Of a DNA stretch of 64,000 bases, positions 17,995 to 29,456 are shown one piece after another (position 1 is the stretch's first letter; the number at the start of each line of letters is the position of its first letter). This DNA is from an uncultured virus (IMG/VR IMGVR_UViG_3300042934_000632) (Duplodnaviria; Heunggongvirae; Uroviricota; Caudoviricetes). Position numbers and translations under genes: made by a program. The stretch is from the IMG/VR virus record IMGVR_UViG_3300042934_000632, one strand, 5' to 3'. Under the pieces are notes generated by a model, which was not told the origin of the DNA, did no database searches, and saw nothing but the letters and a program-made list of their open reading frames with translations.

Positions 17995-18085
17995 TCAGTA
18001 TTCCGCAGGTATAGCTCAGAGGTAGAGCGGGGCCAGGTTGCTGGTCATGTCGCGGGTTCGATCCCCGTTATCCGTGGAATGCTGA
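17995..18085 (+). tRNA. atypical tRNA-like element with extended acceptor stem
   Basis: D-arm GCTC-AGAGGTA-GAGC, T-arm GCGGG-TTCGATC-CCCGT, 4-6 nt anticodon loop, ~17 bp closing stem. Confidence 0.55.
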
Positions 18086-18212
18086 TGCTTTTAAAAAATT
18101 TACAGCAAGAGGTATTTTCTTCTTGTTTTCTTGCCAATTATTGTTTATATTATCTATAGTGAAAATGTAGATAATATCTGGGCAGGAAAGTAAACCAAGG
18201 AGCTGACACATT

Positions 18213-18632
18213 ATGATTAAGAGATTGCGACCTTTTGTAACTTCTTTCAGCGAAGCCATCATGTCCCAGCACACACATGGGGAAGAGGTATGCGTTGGTG
18301 GAGAAGTTAAACATGTGCTCGACGGCTCCCTATTCCTGAGTGAAAAGGATATGGAAGACACAAATAAGGACCCAGGCGTTTACTTGAAACTAGACGACGG
18401 GGTTGGCTTTAATTATATCGTAGCACCTAAAATCGTTTGCGAACGGTTTGAAAAGGAACATGGTCCCTTACAAGGAGCTGTTGTCCTTGCCGTTGGCAAA
18501 ATAATGGAGCTCGACATGAGGCAGGAGAAAAAAAGAAATGTTACGTTTACGGACCATCCAGAAAAGACCAAGCGCGTGGCTGCGTACTATCTCGGCCTTG
18601 TCCCTGAGCTTAATGAAGAAACTGGTGATTAA
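18213..18632 (+). CDS. stand-alone OB-fold protein resembling the DnaE C-terminal OB domain
   Basis: VCVGGEV...YLKLDDGVG...VVLAVGKI pattern. Confidence 0.5.
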   Translation: MIKRLRPFVTSFSEAIMSQHTHGEEVCVGGEVKHVLDGSLFLSEKDMEDTNKDPGVYLKLDDGVGFNYIVAPKIVCERFEKEHGPLQGAVVLAVGKIMELDMRQEKKRNVTFTDHPEKTKRVAAYYLGLVPELNEETGD

Positions 18633-18664
18633 GGAGGGGTATTCCTCTCCTTGATTATTGGTTG

Positions 18665-18778
18665 TATAGATATTAAAAGAAGCTTTGATTTATACGCGAA
18701 TGACTGCTGATGCCTCCCGATGCGAGGTTTGAGACGTCGATAATTTGCCGAAGATCAAGGCTTCTTTTAGTATCTATA
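18665..18778 (+). ncRNA. hairpin cassette with UAUAC/CGAA internal loop
   Basis: 26 bp closing stem; TATAC-GCGAAT...ATTTGC-CGAA. Confidence 0.65.
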
Positions 18779-18792
18779 TCCATGTTGTTTCC

Positions 18793-18900
18793 TTGAAGGA
18801 AAAGAGAAGCTATACGTAGGCCGTATACTAGAGGCAATTCGTCCACCGTTGGTAGCGGGAGTATATATCTTTATCTGCCGAAACTTTTCTTTTCCTTCAA
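18793..18900 (+). ncRNA. hairpin cassette with UAUAC/CGAA internal loop
   Basis: TTGAAGGAAAAGAGAAG / CTTTTCTTTTCCTTCAA stem; TATAC-GTAGG...TCTGC-CGAA. Confidence 0.65.
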
Positions 18901-18917
18901 CAAAATAATATGATATC

Positions 18918-21531
18918 ATGAGCTTATCTAGGGAAAAGGAAGTGATAGTTTACGTGACCTCGACGCAAGATTTATCTTTAGCCGCTGCGAAAGAAGAGCG
19001 GGGAGTCAGTTCACAACGCTTTACGCATCTTCATCTGCACACACCAGGTAGTTTGCTAGATGGATTTTGTCGTATAGCTGATCTAGTAAAACTCGCTAAA
19101 GAATTTGGTATGGACGCCGTGGGTATTAGTGACCATGGAAATTGCCATTCTCATGTCGAGTTTTTTCAAGCTTGTAAAGAAGCAGGAATTAAACCAATTA
19201 TGGGTATGGAAGGTTATATTACGCCTCACCGTAGTTGGAAAAAACCTGAGTTTACAGCCAAGCATTACAAAAAGCTTTCCTATCGTTATCGCACTAAAGC
19301 AGAGATGCAAGAAGACGGCGCGGAACAAATCGTTATGGATGGCAAGAATCTCGTTCCTAATGAGATCATTGATGCCTATCTCCGTAGTGAATTGGCAAGC
19401 CTAAACCGTTTGATTAAAGATGAGAGAGAAAACGGTAATGATCCAGAGCTGTTGAAGGATTTGTACGCGGCCAAGGATGATACTCGTATCTCAATCAATG
19501 CTTTGATCAGCTCAGGAGATCTTATTTATTCAGCGGTTCCTTCTCTAGCGACAGCAAATCTTTTTGAAATGCGGCCGAAGACGGCACATCTTTTAATGAT
19601 TGCACGAACGAACGAAGGATATCAGAATCTGCTTAAAATCACCAGTATTGCTCAGCTTGAGGGTGTTTATTACAAACCACGTGCTGATTATAAGTTAATT
19701 AAACAGTATGGGAAAGGCATCATTGCTACTAGTGCGTGTCTTGGCGGAGAAATCCCTCAGCTTATTCGTAAAGGGAAAGAAAGACTCGCTAAGAACATTG
19801 CACGGTTTTACCAAAGCTGCTTCGATGAGTTTTACTTTGAGCTACAACCAAGCCATTTGGAAGAGCAACACTATGTAAATGAAGTCCTGATCCGCTGGAG
19901 CGAAGAAATGGATATTCCGCTCGTTGCGACTTCAGATGCTCATATGCTGCGTCCAGAAGACCTGCCTATTCACTCCGCATTAACCAAGATTGGTAAAGCC
20001 CAAGATGATGCGGATATCAACGTTTATGAAAGCTGTTACTTCAAAAGCGCAGATGAAATGCTAGAAGGCGGAATGCCTGTAATTGCACTAGAGAATGCGT
20101 ATCTCATTTCTCAGAAGTGTAATGTTGAGCTTCCCCTCGGTAGAATTCACCTGCCTAGATTCACAGTTCCACCCGAGTATACATCAGACACCTACCTTTT
20201 AGAGCTTACAGACAATGCTTTGTTCCAGATGGCGCTCGAAAAGGATATTGATATCACCGTATATAAAGATCGTTTGAAGGAAGAACTTCTCGTTATCTTC
20301 GAGAAAGGATTTTCTGATTACTTTCTTATCGTTTGGGACTATATTGCTTTTGCGCGGCGTCAAGGCATTCTAGTAGGACCAGGCCGCGGTAGTGCAGGAG
20401 GTTCTCTTGTTGCCTATCTGCTGAAAATCACCAATATTGACCCTATCAAGTATGATCTTCTCTTCGAACGGTTCCTTGACCCTTCGCGTATGGACTTGCC
20501 CGATATTGACAGTGACTTTGATTATGTACGAAGACACGAGGTTGTTGAATATATCGCTGGAAAATATGGTCAAGATCATGTAGCTCAAGTTATTACATTC
20601 GGGTCTCTATCTTCAAAAGCGGCATTCAAAGACGTGGGCCGTATTTTAGGTATTGACCATAATATTATTAACACAATGAATAAACTAATTCCTGTTGTCT
20701 TTGGAAAGCCTTATGGCATTGACAAGGCCTTAGAAGAAGTCGAAGAATTAAGGGAGTATGAAAGACGCTATCCTGAAATGTTCGATCTTGCTCGAAAAGT
20801 TCATTCCCTGCCTCGGTCTACAGGTATTCATGCTTGTGCTCTTGTTATTACACCAGAGCCTATTGAGGAAATGGTACCCTTGATCAAGGGAAAAGCAGGA
20901 GAAATCGTTACCCAGTACGACGGCCCTACATTAGCGGAACAGTACGGTATCCTCAAGGTTGACTTGTTGGGACTGAAAAACCTATCTGTCATTGATATCG
21001 CCCGTAAGCTTGTCCTAGAGCGATATGACCGCGATATCGATCCTGATACATTAGAGTTTGATGATCCGCGCGTATTCAAGACTATTCAACAGGGGCACAC
21101 GGCGGGGCTCTTCCAAATTGAGAGCAGCGGGATGACCAAAATGTTTCAAAGTCTAAACCGCGTTACATTCGATGACCTTGTAGCAGGAATAGCTTTATAC
21201 CGTCCAGGCCCAATGCAGCATATTCCCGACTACTGTGCTCGTGCAAATGGATACACAGAGGTAACTTATCCATGTGAAGAACTGCGTCCTGTGCTAGAAA
21301 AAACGCATGGTATTGCCGTCTATCAAGAATCTATCATGGCAATGTCCAGAGTTATGGCGGGATACACAAAAGCTGAGACTACTAAGCTGCGTAAAGCGAT
21401 TTCCAAGAAAAAAGAAGAGGTTATGCGTCCAGCCTTGGATGAGCTTTTCAAACGAGTCACGATGAATGGCCACTCGGAAGAATTGGCAAAGAAAATCATC
21501 GACATCATCGAGCCTTTCGTAGGCTATGCGT
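18918..21531 (+). CDS. dnaE: DNA polymerase III alpha subunit, exon 1 (start may be GTG 18954)
   Basis: PHP HLHLHT..SLLDG, GPGRGSAGGS, PDIDSDF; ends at ...GYA-T. Confidence 0.92.
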
Positions 21532-22001
21532 TAATAGATGAACGGAAGTGTTCATGAGCGCCCTTGGCGAGCAATCGCCATTGAATAACTAGGTGAATTT
21601 AGGGGAGTCCTGGAGCAACAGTCGTGAGACAGATGTATGGTGACCCTAAGCGAAGTTTTGTGTAGATGGTGGCGGAATAGGTAGACGATAGGTCGGCTTA
21701 GTAGGTTTGGGTTGTGGTTCGAATCCACGATGCGCAATACGCGTAGACGCCGTGACGGTAAAAACCTGGCTATGTGAGGTGCAAATCCTCACCCACTATA
21801 CAAAAAACGTTCAACGACTATTCTTGAAATGGCCATGAGAATTGGCAACAGAAGTAGGGCCTATGCTTATAAAGATAGGCGGGTGAGAGTCCCTTAATCC
21901 GAAGCGCCTAGCATCCTCAGAACTTTGGGGATGGTGATATAGTCTACTCCCTCTCTGCTCGACAGAGAATTCAAAATATGGGGAAACCCAGGGTGAGATG
22001 G
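21532..22001 (+). mobile_element. group I intron without ORF (470 nt) in dnaE
   Basis: interrupts GYAF/NKSH; exon ends in U, intron ends in G; core elements GTTCAACGACTA and GATATAGTCTA. Confidence 0.85.
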
Positions 22002-22933
22002 TTAACAAATCCCACAGTGTAGCATATGCTATCGTCTGCTACATGACCGCTTACTTTAAAACATATTACCCTTTGGAGTTTATGGCGGCGTTGTTAACAG
22101 TATTTGGTAGTAATGTTAAGAAAGCAGTCCCTTATATCGCTGAATGCAAACGTATGGGATTCGAAGTATTGCCACCCGATGTAAACAAATCGGGATACGG
22201 TTTCGTAATCGAAGGCACAAATCTTCGTTTTGGCTTGAACAGCTTAAAAGGTCTTGGTGAAGTTGCGCTTGAACGCATTATAGAAGAGCGTCCTTTTGTA
22301 GATCTGGAAGATGCGATCAAACGAGTTCCGAAGAAGTTCTTGAACAAACGCGTCGTCGATGTGCTTAGCCTTTGCGGAGCCTTTGATGATCTTGCGAATG
22401 AAAAGAATCGGATGAAAATCGTTGAGAAAGCATATAAACTTCGTGGAGAGAAGAAATTTGATCTCACAAGTTTTATTGAAAACTTCGATCAAAAGGCTAA
22501 GCTTGATCATGAGAAAGCTATTCTAGGCGTCTACGTCAGTGGTCACCCACTAGATGGCTACGCTACCGCTGTCGGGCCTTGGCTTGAAAAGTCTGAAGGG
22601 GATCGATTCGATACCGCGGGAATTATTGCCGAATTCAACGTGATTAAAACCAAGAAAGGTGATGAAATGGCCTTTGTAGATTTGGATACTATCGAAGGTC
22701 TGCAAACTATTGTCATCTTCCCTCAGCAGTATTCGTCCATTCGTGGCCAGCTTGTTGAGGAACTGATCATGAAGATTACGGTTCAAGTCGAATACAATGC
22801 TGTGCGCGGCGAACGTAATTACATCGCCAAGAAGATCACGATTCCGAAGAAGATCAATAAGGGACTTTATATCCCGAAAGCTGCTTTGGAAGAAGAAGAC
22901 ACTACCAGTGAATATGAACAATGGGCACAATAG
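22002..22933 (+). CDS. dnaE: DNA polymerase III alpha subunit, exon 2
   Basis: NKSHSVAY, YPLEFMAALL, PDVNKS, RFGL, GHPL. Confidence 0.92.
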
Positions 22934-23110
22934 GGAGGTGATGTAAGTGCTGACTGAATTTGAGAAAGAATTGCTTATAGAAATACTCAACCATCAGATT
23001 AGCTGGCGCTTGCATAATCGCTCCCGCATGAATCAAATCTATGATCTTCGTCAGATCAAGAAGAAAATTGAGGAAATGCCAACGGAGTGACATATCTCAC
23101 AAAGTCAATA

Positions 23111-23139
23111 TTGAAATAAAAGTTTCTATCGTGTACAAT
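23111..23139 (+). promoter_or_regulatory. sigmaA-type promoter of nrdIEF
   Basis: TTGAAA-17 bp-TACAAT. Confidence 0.65.
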
Positions 23140-23211
23140 ATACTTCACAAGGAGCGTTCCTGCTATGGACGCTCCCTTTCTTTCCCCTAATCGTTCAAGG
23201 AGGACTACTAG

Positions 23212-24730
<1,519 letters not shown>

Positions 24731-25726
24731 TAACAATAGCACCTTCGGCCAGTAATGGCCGTCGATCACTCCGTTAAACGGGAGAAGCCCTACATTTGAA
24801 TTGGTGTAGCTGGTCATCCACCGTGCTAAATGCTTATGTTCTTTGAAATATTACAGTTGAAATACTTCAATCAAAAGGTTACGTTCACTCTAGAATGCTA
24901 GAGAGGAATGAACCCTATGGAATCTTATGGTTTTGTTTATGAGACTACTAACAAAATCAATGGAATGAAGTATATCGGTAAATGTGTATATGGTAGAAAG
25001 AATGACTGGGAGAAATACCTAGGCTCTGGGTTGTATCTTAAGCGTGCTATTAAAAAGTATGGAAGAGAGAATTTTATTCGAACGACTCTAGAAGAGGCTT
25101 CTTCCGAAGAAGAATTGCAGTTGCTCGAAGAGAATTACATCAAACGCTTTAATGCGGTTGAGTCTCCTCAATATTACAACATTAAGATGACTTCTATGGG
25201 TGGAGATACATACACAACCAACCCAAACAGAGAGCATATTAGGAAGCTTAAACAGGCCAATATGAGCGGAGAACGAAATCACCAGTATGGAAAACCCAAA
25301 ACAGAATGTATGATTAATTCTGTTAAGGAATCTAACAGGAGAGCTGTCGAAGTTGACGGCGTGTTCTACGAAAGCCAAGTTGAAGCTTGCAAGGCCACTG
25401 GGCTAAAACCCACACTCCTTGCTTATCGTCTTAGCAGTAATCTTTACCCTACCTACATACGTTTACAGCCGAATCAACGTAATAACTCAAAAAACATAAG
25501 CTAAAAGCCTAACGATCATCGAAAGCATAGCCTGTTGAAAGAATACAGGTGAATAAGCGAGTAGAGTACCCCTCAAGCGAGGCCCTGATGCAAAACAGGG
25601 ATAATTCATAAAGGGAAAAGCGGAGCAGCCTACCAGGTCGTGCTGGGGCTGATGATATGATCTCCTCTATAGCGTAGAGCTATAGCCCCATGGAGAGCGC
25701 CTAGCGAGCGCACTTAAAGATATAGG
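24731..25726 (+). mobile_element. group I intron in nrdE carrying a homing endonuclease
   Basis: interrupts SNLC/SEILQ; exon ends U, intron ends G; CCTAACGATCA / GATATGATCT core-like elements. Confidence 0.85.
24908..25504 (+). CDS. GIY-YIG homing endonuclease
   Basis: GFVYETTNKINGMKYIG, YLGSG, YYN. Confidence 0.9.
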   Translation: MNPMESYGFVYETTNKINGMKYIGKCVYGRKNDWEKYLGSGLYLKRAIKKYGRENFIRTTLEEASSEEELQLLEENYIKRFNAVESPQYYNIKMTSMGGDTYTTNPNREHIRKLKQANMSGERNHQYGKPKTECMINSVKESNRRAVEVDGVFYESQVEACKATGLKPTLLAYRLSSNLYPTYIRLQPNQRNNSKNIS

Positions 25727-26683
25727 AGCGAAATTCTTCAAGCTTCTAAAGTCAGTGAATATACCGACTATGGTCTAGAAGACAATATTGGCTTGGATAT
25801 CTCTTGTAACCTGGGTTCAATTAACCTCATCCCTGTTATGCGGAATAAGAGCCTGCGTCAGACTGTTCGTACAGGTATGGACGCTCTTACTGCGGTTGCT
25901 CATACAACGAATATTAAGAATGCTCCTGGCGTAGCTAAGGCTAATGACCTGATGCAATCTGTAGGTTTAGGCTTTATGAACCTTCATGGATGCCTTGTGG
26001 AGCATAAGTTTTCGTATGAAAGTGAAGCTGCTCGTGAATTCGCCAGCGTTATTGCTATGGCGACAAACTTCTATTCTCTGGAACGTTCTATGGAGATCGC
26101 AAAAGAAACGGGTATCAAATACTACGGCTTTGAGAAGTCTACCTATGCATCTGGAGAATACTTCCAGAAATATCTCGAAAATTCCTATCTGCCAAAGACT
26201 GAGAGAGTTGCAAAAGCATTCGAAGGTATGGATCTTCCAGGTCCAGAAGAATGGGCAGCGCTTATGGCTCTTGTGATGGAGCATGGGCTCTACCACGCCT
26301 ACCGACTAGCTGTTGCACCTACAGGCTCAATCTCTTACGTACAGTCCGCTACGGCGTCTATCATGCCCATTATGGAGCGTATTGAGAATCGGACCTATGG
26401 TAATTCCAAAACCTTCTATCCGATGCCTGGACTGAGCCAAGCGAACTGGTATTTTTATAAAGAAGCTTATGATATGGATATGTTCCGCGTTGTTGATATG
26501 GTTGCCGCGGTTCAGGAACATGTTGACCAAGGTATCAGCTTCACGTTATTCTTGAAGAGCGATACAACGACTAGGGATCTCACGAAGATTGATCTGTATG
26601 CCCATCACAAAGGTATCAAGACGATTTACTACGCTCGGACTCGTGATGTCACTAGAGACGATTGCTTGTCTTGTACTGTATAA
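25727..26683 (+). CDS. nrdE: class Ib ribonucleotide reductase alpha, exon 2
   Basis: SEILQ, SCNLGS, APTGSISY, KTIYY, CLSCTV. Confidence 0.93.
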   Translation, partial: SEILQASKVSEYTDYGLEDNIGLDISCNLGSINLIPVMRNKSLRQTVRTGMDALTAVAHTTNIKNAPGVAKANDLMQSVGLGFMNLHGCLVEHKFSYESEAAREFASVIAMATNFYSLERSMEIAKETGIKYYGFEKSTYASGEYFQKYLENSYLPKTERVAKAFEGMDLPGPEEWAALMALVMEHGLYHAYRLAVAPTGSISYVQSATASIMPIMERIENRTYGNSKTFYPMPGLSQANWYFYKEAYDMDMFRVVDMVAAVQEHVDQGISFTLFLKSDTTTRDLTKIDLYAHHKGIKTIYYARTRDVTRDDCLSCTV

Positions 26684-26732
26684 TCAAGGAGCTCATTCTA
26701 AGTCTCCTTGGCAAATAACGAGGAGGCTTAGA

Positions 26733-26918
26733 ATGAATACGGAACTTGTACGAGATATTCGAAAGAAAGACGAGCGAACTCCTGTTGAATATGAATTCCT
26801 GAAACAGAACATGGTTTTATCCATGATTAGCGAGATCCTTGTCGATGTAAGTAAAGACCATCTTTCTTATGAGGAAGGTATTCGATCAATACGAAGCTGT
26901 ATGCAAGATAACCTTTAA
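26733..26918 (+). CDS. small hypothetical protein
   Basis: RBS GAGGAGG before ATG (MNTELVRD...). Confidence 0.55.
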   Translation: MNTELVRDIRKKDERTPVEYEFLKQNMVLSMISEILVDVSKDHLSYEEGIRSIRSCMQDNL

Positions 26919-26946
26919 ATAGTAGATACAAGGGAGAGTATGTCTT

Positions 26947-27915
26947 ATGAAGTATGTATATGATGCGGCGAACTGGTCCGATACGGACGATCATTTTACT
27001 CAGATGTTTTACGAGCAGAATACAAATCAATTCTGGCTTCCTGAAGAAGTAAGTTTGAACGGAGATCTGCTTAGCTGGGAAAGTCTAACCGTGCAAGAGA
27101 AAGAGGTTTATAAAAAGGCTCTAGCGGGGTTAACACTCCTAGACACTGAGCAAGGTGATGTAGGAATGCCGACGATCATGAATCACATTAAAGGCCATCA
27201 GCGTAAAGCTCTACTTAATTTTATGGGAGCTATGGAGAATATCCATGCAAAGAGTTACTCCAATATCTTCCTTACACTAGCTTCTGCTGAGGAAATCCGT
27301 GATCTCTTTTACTGGATCGAAGAAAATAAAGAACTACAGTATAAAGCAGCAACCGTTGTCTCTGTCTACGAATCTATTCAGAACGATGATGAAATTTCAC
27401 TGTATAAGGGTTTAGTGGCTTCTGTGCTGTTGGAAACATTTCTTTTCTATAGCGGATTCTACTATCCGCTTTTGTTCTTCGGACAAGGCAAACTTATGCA
27501 GAGCGGTCAGATTATCAAGCTGATTATCCGCGATGAAAGTATCCATGGTGTTTATGTTGGGCTGCTTGCACAGGAAATTTATAACAAACAGAATACAGAA
27601 GTAAAAACCCAGCTAGATACGTTTGTAAAATCATTGTTTGATGACCTCTACCAAAATGAACTGTTATACACTGAAAGTTTATATGATCCTGTTGGACTTT
27701 CTCATGATGTAAAGAAATTTCTTCGGTATAATGGAAACAAAGCAATGCAAAACCTTGGATTTGATCCGATCTTTGCTGAAGAAGAGATTAACCCTATCGT
27801 TCTCAATGGGCTTAATACTTCTGCTGAATCTCATGATTACTTTAGCATGAAAGGCAGTGCCTATAAAAAGGCGAAAGCTGAAGCAATACAGACTGAGGAT
27901 TTTTATTTCGAATAA
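26947..27915 (+). CDS. nrdF: class Ib ribonucleotide reductase beta
   Basis: [28 protein letters not shown]. Confidence 0.95.
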   Translation: MKYVYDAANWSDTDDHFTQMFYEQNTNQFWLPEEVSLNGDLLSWESLTVQEKEVYKKALAGLTLLDTEQGDVGMPTIMNHIKGHQRKALLNFMGAMENIHAKSYSNIFLTLASAEEIRDLFYWIEENKELQYKAATVVSVYESIQNDDEISLYKGLVASVLLETFLFYSGFYYPLLFFGQGKLMQSGQIIKLIIRDESIHGVYVGLLAQEIYNKQNTEVKTQLDTFVKSLFDDLYQNELLYTESLYDPVGLSHDVKKFLRYNGNKAMQNLGFDPIFAEEEINPIVLNGLNTSAESHDYFSMKGSAYKKAKAEAIQTEDFYFE

Positions 27916-27925
27916 CAAACCTTAT

Positions 27926-27950
27926 GCCTCCTCAGGGAGGCTTTTTTATT
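27926..27950 (+). terminator. intrinsic terminator
   Basis: GCCTCC-TCAG-GGAGGC followed by a T-run. Confidence 0.8.
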
Positions 27951-27989
27951 GTATACTATACATACAATTAACCTTAAGGGAGTGATATT

Positions 27990-28181
27990 GTGTTGCCACA
28001 GGGATTTATCGAGCATCCAGTTATGAGACAAGCTATTCAAGATAGTGCTTGGGATGTCATTGGAGAAATGATTCATCAAGCATCAAAAGCATTGGCTCAT
28101 TTGGAAGTGATCGAAATTGATTCTTTAAAGGGTAATGTCAATAACGAAAATTTTCTTTGCAGACTATCTGACTTTGAATAA
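27990..28181 (+). CDS. small protein with C-terminal tag
   Basis: ends NENFLCRLSDFE. Confidence 0.65.
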   Translation: MLPQGFIEHPVMRQAIQDSAWDVIGEMIHQASKALAHLEVIEIDSLKGNVNNENFLCRLSDFE

Positions 28182-28193
28182 AGGAGGTGTAGT

Positions 28194-28415
28194 ATGTTAC
28201 CAGATATTGATATTGATATGTACCCTTATAGAGCTGCGGGTATAGAATGTACAGCTATGAATATCATAAGCATGATAGTTAAAAAAGCTCCTCCATTAGA
28301 ATCATTCAATCGCGCTCATGCCTTGTCGTATAGCTTTATCAGCCATCCTGACACCTATGAAGGCTTGCTTACTAGTAACGAAAAATGCATGTTTTTACTG
28401 GATGATCAGGAGTGA
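28194..28415 (+). CDS. small protein with C-terminal tag; N-terminus LPDIDID echoes the DnaE PDIDxD motif
   Basis: ends NEKCMFLLDDQE; contains FNRAHALSY resembling DnaE FNKSHS.AY. Confidence 0.65.
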   Translation: MLPDIDIDMYPYRAAGIECTAMNIISMIVKKAPPLESFNRAHALSYSFISHPDTYEGLLTSNEKCMFLLDDQE

Positions 28416-28420
28416 TACCT

Positions 28421-28564
28421 ATGATCGATGAATACAAGCCTATGTCTAGTGAGGAAATAGATCTTTGGATAAAAAAAGTACAGAAGGAAGTTAATGAAAC
28501 TTTAATCCGATTATTGTGGAGAACGAACGAGGATTATTCTAAAGATTTACAAGATTGTGAGTAA
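28421..28564 (+). CDS. 47 aa protein with C-terminal tag (not in ORF track)
   Basis: MIDEYKPM...RTNEDYSKDLQDCE*; RBS AGGAG. Confidence 0.65.
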   Translation: MIDEYKPMSSEEIDLWIKKVQKEVNETLIRLLWRTNEDYSKDLQDCE

Positions 28565-28576
28565 GGAGGTTGGAAT

Positions 28577-28924
28577 ATGTCCTGGGCATGGATCACTGGT
28601 GAACTATCGACTAGAGACGTAACTGAAATCGGATCAAGGAGAGGGAACATTGGATATACTCCGCAGCCTGTCACTTTCCCTGTGTCAAGAGAACAGCAAA
28701 TAGCTAGACCGCTCAATCAGTCTCATATTTATACGTCATTAGATGCTACTGAGTATCTAGTGAATAGTAGTAGGAGTATGCACTATTCAGGTTCCCTAGA
28801 GGAATTTAATCTCATCGTTCGAGATCGCGCTCGCCTGATAGAAAGAGATATTTACCAAACATTTTTTGCTTTTAGCTCCAGATCGAACGAAGATTATATC
28901 AAAAATCTACAAGATATTGATTAG
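28577..28924 (+). CDS. small protein with C-terminal tag
   Basis: ends NEDYIKNLQDID. Confidence 0.65.
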   Translation: MSWAWITGELSTRDVTEIGSRRGNIGYTPQPVTFPVSREQQIARPLNQSHIYTSLDATEYLVNSSRSMHYSGSLEEFNLIVRDRARLIERDIYQTFFAFSSRSNEDYIKNLQDID

Positions 28925-28934
28925 GAGGATTCAT

Positions 28935-29255
28935 ATGGATATCGGTAATGCAATGGGATTAATTAAGGAAGGAAGAAAAGTTGGACGAAAGGCCTGGGGC
29001 AAAAACAATGTATTTGCTTCTTCTTCCAATGATCGTACATGGATTGTTCTTATGCCTGAGTTAAAGCTTCCTGCTTACTCCGCTCAAATTGCTGGAGCAA
29101 AAGTCAATGACAGAACCGCTAAACATATTGGTCATGATACACCACTTAATTCCCAGCCTTACATCGCGCTTTGGGTAGGTGATGGTCGTTGGCAGCCAGG
29201 CTGGATACCTACACAAGAAGACCTCTTGGCCATGGATTATTTTATTGTAGATTAA
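28935..29255 (+). CDS. DUF2829 / Tad2-like protein (candidate anti-Thoeris sponge)
   Basis: MDIGNAM..IKEGRKVGRKAW...WIPTQEDLLAMDY. Confidence 0.7.
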   Translation: MDIGNAMGLIKEGRKVGRKAWGKNNVFASSSNDRTWIVLMPELKLPAYSAQIAGAKVNDRTAKHIGHDTPLNSQPYIALWVGDGRWQPGWIPTQEDLLAMDYFIVD

Positions 29256-29456
29256 ATATGACATGGAGGTAAGACTATGGCAAAAGCAATCATAACTATT
29301 GATGCTGAGGAATTTTGGGTAGCACTTCGTGAGTATATTCAAAAACATTATGGAATTACTGCTATGGATCTCGTCGTGAAGTATAGCAGAGGAGAAATCA
29401 CACAGATTATCGCAGAATATGAATTTAAAAAGATACTTGAAAACTAGCCCACTAAG

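Noticed and set aside
17941..18159. 72 aa ORF (and the 35323-35640 ORF)
   Set aside because: They overlap tRNA-like elements and lack an RBS
21998..22933. Separate gene or split-intein dnaE C-half
   Set aside because: No intein Cys/His-Asn motifs; group I intron removal restores the frame exactly
25793..26683. Independent ORF starting at TTG 25793
   Set aside because: It is nrdE exon 2, which begins at 25727
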